A stretch of 64,000 nt of DNA from the NCBI GenBank assembly GCA_035278205.1, contig DATEJH010000002.1, forward strand, positions 6,763 to 70,762, read 5' to 3'. The notes under the pieces were generated by a model that made no database searches, was not told the origin of the DNA, and saw only the letters and a list, made by a program, of their open reading frames with translations. How positions within the stretch are numbered: the first letter of the stretch is position 1; each line of letters begins with the position of its first letter. This document shows positions 56,292 to 64,000 of this stretch, one piece after another. This DNA comes from Novosphingobium sp. GTDB taxonomy: Bacteria > Pseudomonadota > Alphaproteobacteria > Sphingomonadales > Sphingomonadaceae. Position numbers and translations under genes: made by a program.

Positions 56292-56894
56292 ATGACTGAC
56301 GCCCGCCGCCGTGCACCCGCAGCCAGCCGCAACCGCGATCCGATCCTCGCCGTACTGCGCGAAGTGCTGCCGACTGCGGGGCTCGTGCTCGAGATCGCCA
56401 GCGGGACCGGCGAACACGCCGTTCATTTTGCGCGGGGGCTGCCGCACCTGGAATGGCAGCCGACCGATCCCGATCCCGAAGCCCTTGCATCGATCGCGGC
56501 GTGGCGCGACGCGGAGGCATTGCCGAATCTCCGCGCGCCGCTCATCCTCGACGCCGCGCAGCCGGGGTGGCCGCTCGAACGTGCCGACGGCGTCATCTGC
56601 ATCAACATGGTCCACATCAGCCCCTGGGAAGCGACGCTCGGGCTGATGGCCGGGGCAGGGCGCATTCTGACCTCCGGCGCACCGCTTGTCCTTTTTGGTC
56701 CTTTCCGGCGCGAAGGCCGCCCGCTGGAGCCCAGCAATGCGGACTTCGACCTGAACCTGAAGGCCCGCGATCCCCGCTGGGGCCTGCGGCTGCTGGAGGA
56801 CGTCAGCGCGGCTGCCGAGTTGGAGGGATTGGCTTTCGAGCGTTTCGTCGAAATGCCCGCAAACAACCTCAGCGTCATCTACCGCAGGCGCTGA
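56292..56894 (+). CDS. DUF938 family SAM-dependent methyltransferase-like protein
   Basis: RNRDPIL, EIASGTGEH, WQPTD, NMVHISPW, MPANN. Confidence 0.85.
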   Translation: MTDARRRAPAASRNRDPILAVLREVLPTAGLVLEIASGTGEHAVHFARGLPHLEWQPTDPDPEALASIAAWRDAEALPNLRAPLILDAAQPGWPLERADGVICINMVHISPWEATLGLMAGAGRILTSGAPLVLFGPFRREGRPLEPSNADFDLNLKARDPRWGLRLLEDVSAAAELEGLAFERFVEMPANNLSVIYRRR

Positions 56895-57217
56895 AGCTGC
56901 GCGCCGGGTCCGATTCGCGGGGCGAATCACGGGCTGTTTCGCAAATGCGAAATTGACAGCCAAACTTTGTTGCGCACGCGATATGCGTGCCGGCGATCGC
57001 TAGCGAGGTCTCAACAGGAGACGCAAGAAAGTCTCGGATGCCGGACCGAAAAAGTTGCGCTGCAATTGCGAAGTATCGGCGCGCCGGAGAGGGAAAATCT
57101 CTCCCCGGCGCGCTCTCTCCCAACGCCGGCAAAGCCAGAAATGGCCCTTTCACGCACACCATGCAGAACTTTTGGCGCTCCGCAAAGCGGGAATTCATTC
57201 CAATATTGCGTGACGGG

Positions 57218-58147
57218 CTAAAGGGGCTGGATCCGTGCAAGCAGCCGTTCGACGTCCTCGGGGTGCGCCAGTCCAGCGCCGGCGCGCAGCACCGCGGCAG
57301 TTCCGGCAGCCAGGCCGAGGCGAAAGGCTTCCAGTTCGTCCTGACCGCTAGCCAGTCCGAAGACCATTCCGGCAACGAAGCTGTCCCCCGCCCCGACCGC
57401 GCTGGCGGCCTCGATCTCCACGGCGGGCAGGAAGACCGGCCCTTCCTTGCGCGCGAGCAGCGCGCCTTCGTGGCCCATCGTCACCGCAACCAGGTGCGCC
57501 TTGCCCGCTTCCACGATTGCCATTGCCGTCTCGCCGATCTCCTCGACGCTGTCGAGCGGACGCCCCACATATCCGCGCAGTTCACCCTGGCTTGGTTTGA
57601 CGAGTGCAAGTCCGCCCGCTTCTATGCCCGCCGCCAGTGCCGCTCCCGAGCTGTCGAGCACGATGCCGATACCGCGCGGGCAGAGCAGTTCGGCGACGCG
57701 GGCGTAGAAATCGTCCGGCACCCCGGGAGACAGCGAGCCGCTTAGGACGATGTAGTCGCATTCCGCCTCGGCCAGCCGGTCAAGGCACTCGCGCCACTCG
57801 CTTTCGGCGACATGCGGCCCCTTCGGGACGAAACGGTATTCCTTGCCGCTCCCGCGCTCGAACACCGCGGAGGCGACGCGTGTCGGCCCGGCGATGGGAA
57901 TGCGGGTACGCACCAGCTGGTGCAGGTCGATTAGGCCGTCGAGCGCGGATCCGGTTGCGCCGCCTGAAAGATAGTAGCACCGCGCATGTCCGCCCAGGCG
58001 CACGAAGACCCTCGCCACATTGATGCCGCCGCCGCCGGGTGCATACCATTCGTTGTCTGTGCGCATCTTGTGTGTGTGCCGCATCCGGCCGACGTCGTAG
58101 GACACGTCGATCGTCGGGTTCATCGTCACCGTGGCGATGCTTTTCAT
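57218..58147 (-). CDS. 1-phosphofructokinase family (PfkB) hexose kinase
   Basis: TMNPTID, GGGGINVAR, SGSL, VGAGDSF. Confidence 0.9.
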   Translation of the reverse strand: MKSIATVTMNPTIDVSYDVGRMRHTHKMRTDNEWYAPGGGGINVARVFVRLGGHARCYYLSGGATGSALDGLIDLHQLVRTRIPIAGPTRVASAVFERGSGKEYRFVPKGPHVAESEWRECLDRLAEAECDYIVLSGSLSPGVPDDFYARVAELLCPRGIGIVLDSSGAALAAGIEAGGLALVKPSQGELRGYVGRPLDSVEEIGETAMAIVEAGKAHLVAVTMGHEGALLARKEGPVFLPAVEIEAASAVGAGDSFVAGMVFGLASGQDELEAFRLGLAAGTAAVLRAGAGLAHPEDVERLLARIQPL

Positions 58148-58283
58148 GGCAGCTTCTCCTCCGCCGGCGCCGCCGAGGCCGAGCGCGACAGATCAGACGA
58201 GCTTGGACAATATCCCCGTGCGATCAAGCGGAAGATGCGCGAGACGGCGCCGGTGCGCAATCCGTGATCGATACGGCGGCGCT

Positions 58284-60368
58284 TCAGGCGGCGTCGCGGT
58301 GCGGCGCGGCAATGTCGAGTTTCAGCGCATCGGCCGGTGCCGCCGGGCCGAACAGGAAGCCCTGGCCCTGGCCGCAGCCTTCGCTGCGAAGGTAGTCGCG
58401 CTCCATCTCGCGCTCGATGCCCTCCGCTGCCACCGTCAGACCGAGGCTGCGCCCAAGGCCTATCACCGCCCGGATCACGGCGCGCGAATTGGTCTCGTTC
58501 TGCAGGCTGAGGACGAAGGACTTGTCGATCTTGATCTTCGTGAACGGGTAGCTGACCAGATAGCTGAGCGAGGAATAGCCGGTGCCGAAGTCGTCCAGCG
58601 AAATGCCGATCCCGAATGCGCGCAGGTTGCGGATGATTGCCGCCGGGCGCGGGCCCTTTTCCATCAGCACGGCTTCGGTGATCTCCAGCTCCAGCCGCTC
58701 GGCGGGCAGGCCCGAGGCGGACAGGGCATTGATCACGGTGCTGAGCAGATTGCCGTTGCGGAACTGCAGCGGCGAGACATTGACCGAGAGCTTCACGCTC
58801 TCCGGCCAGTTCATCGCTTCGCGGCAAGCCGTGTTCAGGATGAAGCGGCCGACCTGATCGATCAGGCCGATTTCCTCGGCGAGGGGAATGAAGACGTCCG
58901 GAGCGACGTAGCCGCGCTGCGGATGATACCATCGCGCCAGGGCTTCGTAGCACTCTACTGCCCCGCTCTCCAGATTCACGATGGGCTGGTAGTGGACGGC
59001 AAGCCGGCCTTCGACGATCGTCTGCCGGAAATCCTTTTCCAGCTTGTTCTTTTCCTGCGCGGCGTGGTCCAGACTGGCCTCGAAGCTTTTGCAGCTGCCG
59101 CGCCGTTCGGCCTTGGCGGCATAGAGGGCGAGGTCGGCGTAGCGCAGCAGCGTTTCCGGATCGCTGCTGTCGAGCGGCGAACTGGCAAAGCCGATGGTCG
59201 CGCCGATGTGGATCACGCTGCCGCTTATATGGAAGGGCTCCGACAGCGCCGTGATGATCGAGCGCGCCACGATTTCGGTCTGGGTCAGGCTTGAGCGACG
59301 GAAGACGATGGCGAATTCGTCCCCGCCAATGCGGCACAGCAGCGCGGCGGGCGGGATCAGTTCGCGCATGCGCATAGCCGCTTCGGTCAGGAGCAGGTCG
59401 CCGAAGTGATGGCCATAGGTGTCGTTCACCGCCTTGAAATGGTCGAGGTCGACGAGAGCGATGGTGACCGTGTCGCGCGGTCTCGCGCGGCCGAGAACGT
59501 CCCGCAGGTGCTCGCGGCAATGGGCGCGGTTGGCAAGGCCGGTGAGTTCATCGTGGCGTGCCATGTGCGCCATCCGCTGCTCGATACGCCGCCGCTCGGT
59601 GACATCGAAAACGGAGACGATCGTCACGGCATAGTCTTCCATCTGCGACAGCCGCGTCGAGATCACGGTCTCGACGGTGGCGCCGTCCCGCCCCAGCATC
59701 CGCCAGCACTCGTCGTGGTTGGGCGTGCGGTCGGACGTCAGCATATCCTCGGCCCGCTGCCGGTTCTCCTCGGCGAACAGCGCCAGGATCGACAGGCCGG
59801 TCATCTCATCGGGGCCGTAACCGAAGAACGTGCAGGCAGCCTCGTTGGCGGAGCGGATCCGACCGTTGGTCATGTCGCAGACCAGCGTGGCGATCGGATT
59901 GCGTTCGAACAGCATTCGGAAGGTTTCTTCCTTCTGCTTGAGTTCGGTGATGTCGACACGAATACCGATGGTGCCGCCCGCTTCGGTCTTGCGCTCCTCG
60001 ATCATGATGCAGCGGCCGTTGGACAGGCGCTGTTCGTGGCGGGTGCCGGGCTGGCGCAGCAGCGACAGGCGATGGGCGAGCCATTCCTCCTCGCGGCCGA
60101 CCGCCTCGGGGTAGTCCCCGCGCTCGACACCGATCCGCAGCGTATCTTCGAGCTTTAGGCCCGGTTCCAGCAGGTCGGCCGATTTCGAATAGATCTCCGC
60201 ATACTGGCGGTTCCAAAGGACGTAGCGGTCCTCCTCATCGAGGAAGACGATGCCTTCGGGCAAGGCTTCGATCGCCTCTCGCAGGCGCTGTTCCGCCCGG
60301 GATGCCGCCTGCAGCGCACATTCCAGTGAATGCATGGCCTGCTCGCCGGCAGGCTCGCCGCTTTGCAT
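58284..60368 (-). CDS. PAS-PAS-GGDEF-EAL protein
   Basis: PAS_7-like N-terminus, IGGDEF, EALARW, DDFGTGYSS; start uncertain. Confidence 0.9.
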   Translation of the reverse strand: MQSGEPAGEQAMHSLECALQAASRAEQRLREAIEALPEGIVFLDEEDRYVLWNRQYAEIYSKSADLLEPGLKLEDTLRIGVERGDYPEAVGREEEWLAHRLSLLRQPGTRHEQRLSNGRCIMIEERKTEAGGTIGIRVDITELKQKEETFRMLFERNPIATLVCDMTNGRIRSANEAACTFFGYGPDEMTGLSILALFAEENRQRAEDMLTSDRTPNHDECWRMLGRDGATVETVISTRLSQMEDYAVTIVSVFDVTERRRIEQRMAHMARHDELTGLANRAHCREHLRDVLGRARPRDTVTIALVDLDHFKAVNDTYGHHFGDLLLTEAAMRMRELIPPAALLCRIGGDEFAIVFRRSSLTQTEIVARSIITALSEPFHISGSVIHIGATIGFASSPLDSSDPETLLRYADLALYAAKAERRGSCKSFEASLDHAAQEKNKLEKDFRQTIVEGRLAVHYQPIVNLESGAVECYEALARWYHPQRGYVAPDVFIPLAEEIGLIDQVGRFILNTACREAMNWPESVKLSVNVSPLQFRNGNLLSTVINALSASGLPAERLELEITEAVLMEKGPRPAAIIRNLRAFGIGISLDDFGTGYSSLSYLVSYPFTKIKIDKSFVLSLQNETNSRAVIRAVIGLGRSLGLTVAAEGIEREMERDYLRSEGCGQGQGFLFGPAAPADALKLDIAAPHRDAA

Positions 60369-60561
60369 TCGTAAACCCCCACATTCACGACACGACCCCA
60401 TGTCTGGGAAGGGCTAGAACGCAAAGGTTAATTTTCCTTGTTACAGTAACTTGCGGGCGAACGAAGGATGTTGCCCTTAATGCGAAGCTCCGGCGAATTG
60501 GCCCGCCGCACCGGAGTGCGACGGGCCAAGCTTTCCTCCCCAGGAAAGGCTTTCCGGTGCC

Positions 60562-60735
60562 TCAGCGGCGGACGGCGCTGCCGAGACGGTGGTACAGGTT
60601 CGAGTACTTGGATGAGACCGCGTCGTCCTCATGCGCCCGCATGTAGAACAGGACGGCCTCCTGCAGCAGCTTGAAATCCTCGTTCGAGAGCACGGCCCGT
60701 GAGCGAGCCGGTTCGCAAGTGGTGTTGGCAGTCAT
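60562..60735 (-). CDS. Small protein (57 aa) resembling the SMc00767-family acetate metabolism repressor; not in the ORF track
   Basis: AAGGAG RBS; MTANTTCEPARSRAVLSNEDFKLLQEAVLFYMRAHEDDAVSSKYSNLYHRLGSAVRR; directly downstream of aceA. Confidence 0.7.
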   Translation of the reverse strand: MTANTTCEPARSRAVLSNEDFKLLQEAVLFYMRAHEDDAVSSKYSNLYHRLGSAVRR

Positions 60736-60848
60736 CACTCATTCTCCTTCGTTTCGCTCGTGGGTGCGGATGGCCCGCGAACTGGTTGTTTCACTGGGCG
60801 TGCAGCGAATTTGGCGACTTCTCCCTGCCCGAGCCAGGGCTTGCTGAA

Positions 60849-62441
60849 TCAGGCGGCGAACTGGTTCATCGTGTTGTGCTCGCCGCCGGCCTTGAGGGCC
60901 GCTTCGCCGGCGAAGTATTCTTTGTGGTCGTCGCCAATGTCGGAGCCGGCCATGTTCTGGTGCTTCACGCAGGCGATGCCCTGGCGGATTTCCTGGCGCT
61001 GCACGTTCCTGACGTAGCCGAGCATGCCGGCCTCGCCGAAGTATTCCTTTGCGAGGTTGTCGGTGCTGAGCGCCGCGGTGTGATACGTGGGCAGGGTGAT
61101 GAGGTGGTGGAAGATGCCCGCTTCGCGCGCCGCGTCCCTCTGGAAGGTGCGGATGCGCTCGTCAGCCTCTGCCGCCAGCTCGGAGCCGTCATAGTCCACG
61201 CTCATCAGCTTCGCCCGGTCGTATTGGCTCACGCCACGGCCTTCCGCGGTCCAGGCATCGAACACCTGCTGGCGGAAGTTGAGCGTCCAGTTGAAGCTGG
61301 GCGAATTGTTGTAGACCAGCTTGGCGTTCGGGATCACCTCGCGGATGCGGCTGACCATCCCGCCGATCTGGCCGATGTGCGGCTTCTCGGTCTCGATCCA
61401 CAGCAGGTCGGCTCCGTTCTGGAGCGAGGTGATGCAATCGAGCACGCAGCGGTCCTCGCCGGTCCCGGGGCGAAACTGGTAAAGGTTGCTGGGCAGGCGC
61501 TTGGGACGCATCAGCTTGCCGTCACGGCTGATGAGGACATCGCCGTGGCCGAGCGTGGCAGAGTCGACCTCATCACAGTCGAGGAAGCTATTGTACTGGT
61601 CGCCGATGTCGCCCTTCCGGCGGGTATAGGCGATCTGCTTCGTGAGGCCGGCGCCAAGCGAATCGGTGCGGGCGACGATCACGCCCTCATCGACGCCGAG
61701 TTCCATGAAAGCGTAGCGAACCGCGCGGATCTTGGCGAGGAAGTCCTCGTGCGGGACGGTGACCTTGCCGTCCTGGTGGCCGCACTGCTTCTCGTCCGAG
61801 ACCTGGTTCTCGATCTGGATGCAGCAGGCGCCCGCCTCGATGAACTTGCGGGCGAGGAGGTAAGTGGCTTCCGCGTTGCCGAAGCCGGCGTCGATATCGG
61901 CGATGATCGGCACGACATGCGTCTCGTAGCTATCGATCGCGTGCTCCAGCCGCTTGGCTTCGACCTCGTCGCCGGCGGCGCGCGCCTTGTCGAGATCGCG
62001 GAACATCATGCCCAACTCACGCGCGTCGGCCTGGCGCAGGAAAGTGTATAGCTCCTCTATCAGCGCCGGAACCGAAGTCTTCTCATGCATCGACTGGTCG
62101 GGCAGGGGGCCGAACTCGCTGCGCAGGGCGGCAACCATCCAGCCAGAGAGGTAGAGATAGCGGCCCTTGGTGGTGCCGAAGTGCTTCTTGATGGAGATCA
62201 TCTTCTGCTGGCCGATGAAGCCGTGCCAGCAGCCCAGCGACTGCGTGTAGCTGGCGGGATCGGCATCGTAGGCCGCCATGTCGTGGCGCATGATCCGCGC
62301 GGTGTAGCGGGCGATGTCGAGGCCGGTGCGGAAGCGGTTCTGCAGGCGCATGCGCGCGACCGATTCGGCGTCGACGCCGTTCCACGCGGGTTCGGTGCCG
62401 ATGGTGCGGCCGGCTTCGATGATCTGCTGCTGGTAGGTCAT
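60849..62441 (-). CDS. aceA: Isocitrate lyase (long proteobacterial type)
   Basis: YLSGW, DIDAGFG, KQCGHQDGK, WIETEKP, YNNSPSFNW. Confidence 0.96.
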   Translation of the reverse strand: MTYQQQIIEAGRTIGTEPAWNGVDAESVARMRLQNRFRTGLDIARYTARIMRHDMAAYDADPASYTQSLGCWHGFIGQQKMISIKKHFGTTKGRYLYLSGWMVAALRSEFGPLPDQSMHEKTSVPALIEELYTFLRQADARELGMMFRDLDKARAAGDEVEAKRLEHAIDSYETHVVPIIADIDAGFGNAEATYLLARKFIEAGACCIQIENQVSDEKQCGHQDGKVTVPHEDFLAKIRAVRYAFMELGVDEGVIVARTDSLGAGLTKQIAYTRRKGDIGDQYNSFLDCDEVDSATLGHGDVLISRDGKLMRPKRLPSNLYQFRPGTGEDRCVLDCITSLQNGADLLWIETEKPHIGQIGGMVSRIREVIPNAKLVYNNSPSFNWTLNFRQQVFDAWTAEGRGVSQYDRAKLMSVDYDGSELAAEADERIRTFQRDAAREAGIFHHLITLPTYHTAALSTDNLAKEYFGEAGMLGYVRNVQRQEIRQGIACVKHQNMAGSDIGDDHKEYFAGEAALKAGGEHNTMNQFAA

Positions 62442-62532
62442 TTCTTCGCTGTTCCCGTAGCATTCGTGTTGCTGTTCGATGGCCCGGAGTTAAGCGGGAA
62501 ATGCGATTGCAGGAACGGACGGCGAAGTCTCG

Positions 62533-62580
62533 TTGTCAAACTTTACAAATTTTCATTGTAAAGTTGTGCGGCTCTGACAA
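62533..62580. promoter_or_regulatory. Palindromic operator between aceA and its regulator
   Basis: AACTTTACAA-N7-TTGTAAAGTT (62539-62565), flanked by TTGTCA and TGACAA. Confidence 0.7.
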
Positions 62581-62592
62581 AGGTGCGTATCC

Positions 62593-63993
62593 ATGGCAGA
62601 AAACCGTCCCTTGTATCTGGGCCCAAGACTGCGGCGCCTGCGCCGCGAGCTTGGGCTGACGCAGCAGGCGATGGCCGATGATCTAGAGATCTCGCCCAGC
62701 TACGTCGCGCTGCTGGAGCGCAACCAGCGGCCGGTCACCGCCGATCTGCTCCTGCGGCTGGCGCGCACCTACCGCATGGATATCGCCGATATCGCCAACG
62801 AGGACGGAGAAGACTACGCGCGGCGGCTGGGCGAGGTGCTGCGCGATCCGGTCTTCGACGATATCGACCTGCCGGCGCTCGAAGTCTCCGATCTGGCGAT
62901 GAGCTTTCCGGGCGTGGCCGAGGCCCTGCTGCGCCTGCACGGCGCCTATTCGCGCGAACAGCAGGCACTGGCCGAGCAGCGCTATGCCGGCCCCGGCGCA
63001 CAGGACAGCGATCCGGTGCGTGAGGCGCAGCGCTTCTTCGCTGCCTCGCGCAACTACTGGCACGCGCTCGACACCCAGGCCGAGGAGCTTTCGGCCGAGA
63101 TCGACAAGGCGGGCGGCATCGAGGACTGGCTGGGCGGCAAAGGAGTGCGCGTGCGCTTCATGCCTCCCGACGTGCTGGTGGATTCCATGCGGCGGTTCGA
63201 CAGGCACAACCAGCAGCTCCTGATCGACGACACGCTGGATGGGTCTAGCCGTACCTTTCAGCTTGCGACCCACGTGGCCCATACGGCGCTGCGCGGCCCG
63301 CTGATGCAAATCGTGCGCGGGCAGGAGTTCGCCAGCAAGACGACCGCCACGCTGGTCCGCCGCGCGCTGGCGGGATACGGCGCGGCGGCGATCCTCATGC
63401 CCTACCGCAGGTTCGCGCGCGCGGTTGAGGCACGGCGCTATGACATAGAGGCGCTGGGCGGCCAGTTCGGCACCAGCTTCGAGCAGGTCGCGCACCGCCT
63501 CACGACGCTGCACCGGCCGGGCGAGGAACGCGTGCCGTTCTTCTTCATACGCGTCGATGAGGCAGGCAATGTTTCCAAGCGGCTCGATGGCGCGGGCTTT
63601 CCTTTTGCCGCGCACGGCGGGGGCTGCCCCTTGTGGAACGTTCACCAGGTCTTCCGCCGGCCGGGCGAGATACACACACAGTGGCTGGAACTGCCCGACG
63701 GCCAGCGCTTCTTCTCCGTCGCCCGCACCGTGGTATCGGGGGGAGGGCGCTACGGCCGGCCGCAGGTCATGCGTGCCGTGGCGCTTGCCTGCGCGGCGGA
63801 GGAGGCTGGCCGGCTGGTCTACGCCGGCAATCTCGATGCCTCCTCTTCCGCTTCGTCCACGCCGATCGGCGTGGCCTGCCGCCTCTGCCATCGGGCCGAG
63901 TGCGTCGCCCGGTCGGTCCCGCCGATCGGGCGCGACATCCTTGCCGATGACTATCGCCGCGCCGTGCAGCCTTATTCCTTTGCGGAGAGCTGA
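62593..63993 (+). CDS. Short-chain fatty acyl-CoA regulator family (RamB/PccR/ScfR-type XRE regulator)
   Basis: XRE HTH, SFEQVAHRLTTL, RVDEAGNVSKR, GGGCPLW, C-terminal CRLCHRAEC. Confidence 0.9.
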   Translation: MAENRPLYLGPRLRRLRRELGLTQQAMADDLEISPSYVALLERNQRPVTADLLLRLARTYRMDIADIANEDGEDYARRLGEVLRDPVFDDIDLPALEVSDLAMSFPGVAEALLRLHGAYSREQQALAEQRYAGPGAQDSDPVREAQRFFAASRNYWHALDTQAEELSAEIDKAGGIEDWLGGKGVRVRFMPPDVLVDSMRRFDRHNQQLLIDDTLDGSSRTFQLATHVAHTALRGPLMQIVRGQEFASKTTATLVRRALAGYGAAAILMPYRRFARAVEARRYDIEALGGQFGTSFEQVAHRLTTLHRPGEERVPFFFIRVDEAGNVSKRLDGAGFPFAAHGGGCPLWNVHQVFRRPGEIHTQWLELPDGQRFFSVARTVVSGGGRYGRPQVMRAVALACAAEEAGRLVYAGNLDASSSASSTPIGVACRLCHRAECVARSVPPIGRDILADDYRRAVQPYSFAES

Positions 63994-64000
63994 TGCGGCG

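Overview
GC-rich alphaproteobacterial chromosomal segment; gene content and order point to a sphingomonad, probably Novosphingobium-like (inference). Most of it is housekeeping: glmS/glmU, mdh-sucD-sucA-sucB-lpdA (sucC absent), a cobalamin riboswitch with a btuB/F/C/D-like operon, M3 peptidase, uvrA with an alpha-type SOS box, argG, cfa, an EmrAB-type efflux operon with TetR, pfkB, aceA with a RamB/ScfR-type regulator, and three GGDEF-EAL proteins. Accessory parts: (i) a more AT-rich catabolic block at about 1-6.4 kb (FMN hydroxy-acid dehydrogenase, GntR, TonB receptor, dienelactone hydrolase); (ii) a cassette right after uvrA encoding a TIR-domain protein, an AbiEii/DUF6036-like nucleotidyltransferase and an overlapping 60-aa basic protein, followed by a 1-kb mosaic of palindromic repeats. 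Cassette (ii) is the best candidate for an undescribed defence/TA system. A dispersed ~27-bp REP-like repeat (CCTTCGACAAGCTCAGG..GAGCGG) occurs 11 times by my reading; it lies in frame inside uvrA (a full inverted pair) and sucB (one arm). I also found two small ORFs missed by the ORF track, several operator-like palindromes and a candidate ncRNA. All family calls come from motif recognition by eye; no database searches were run.
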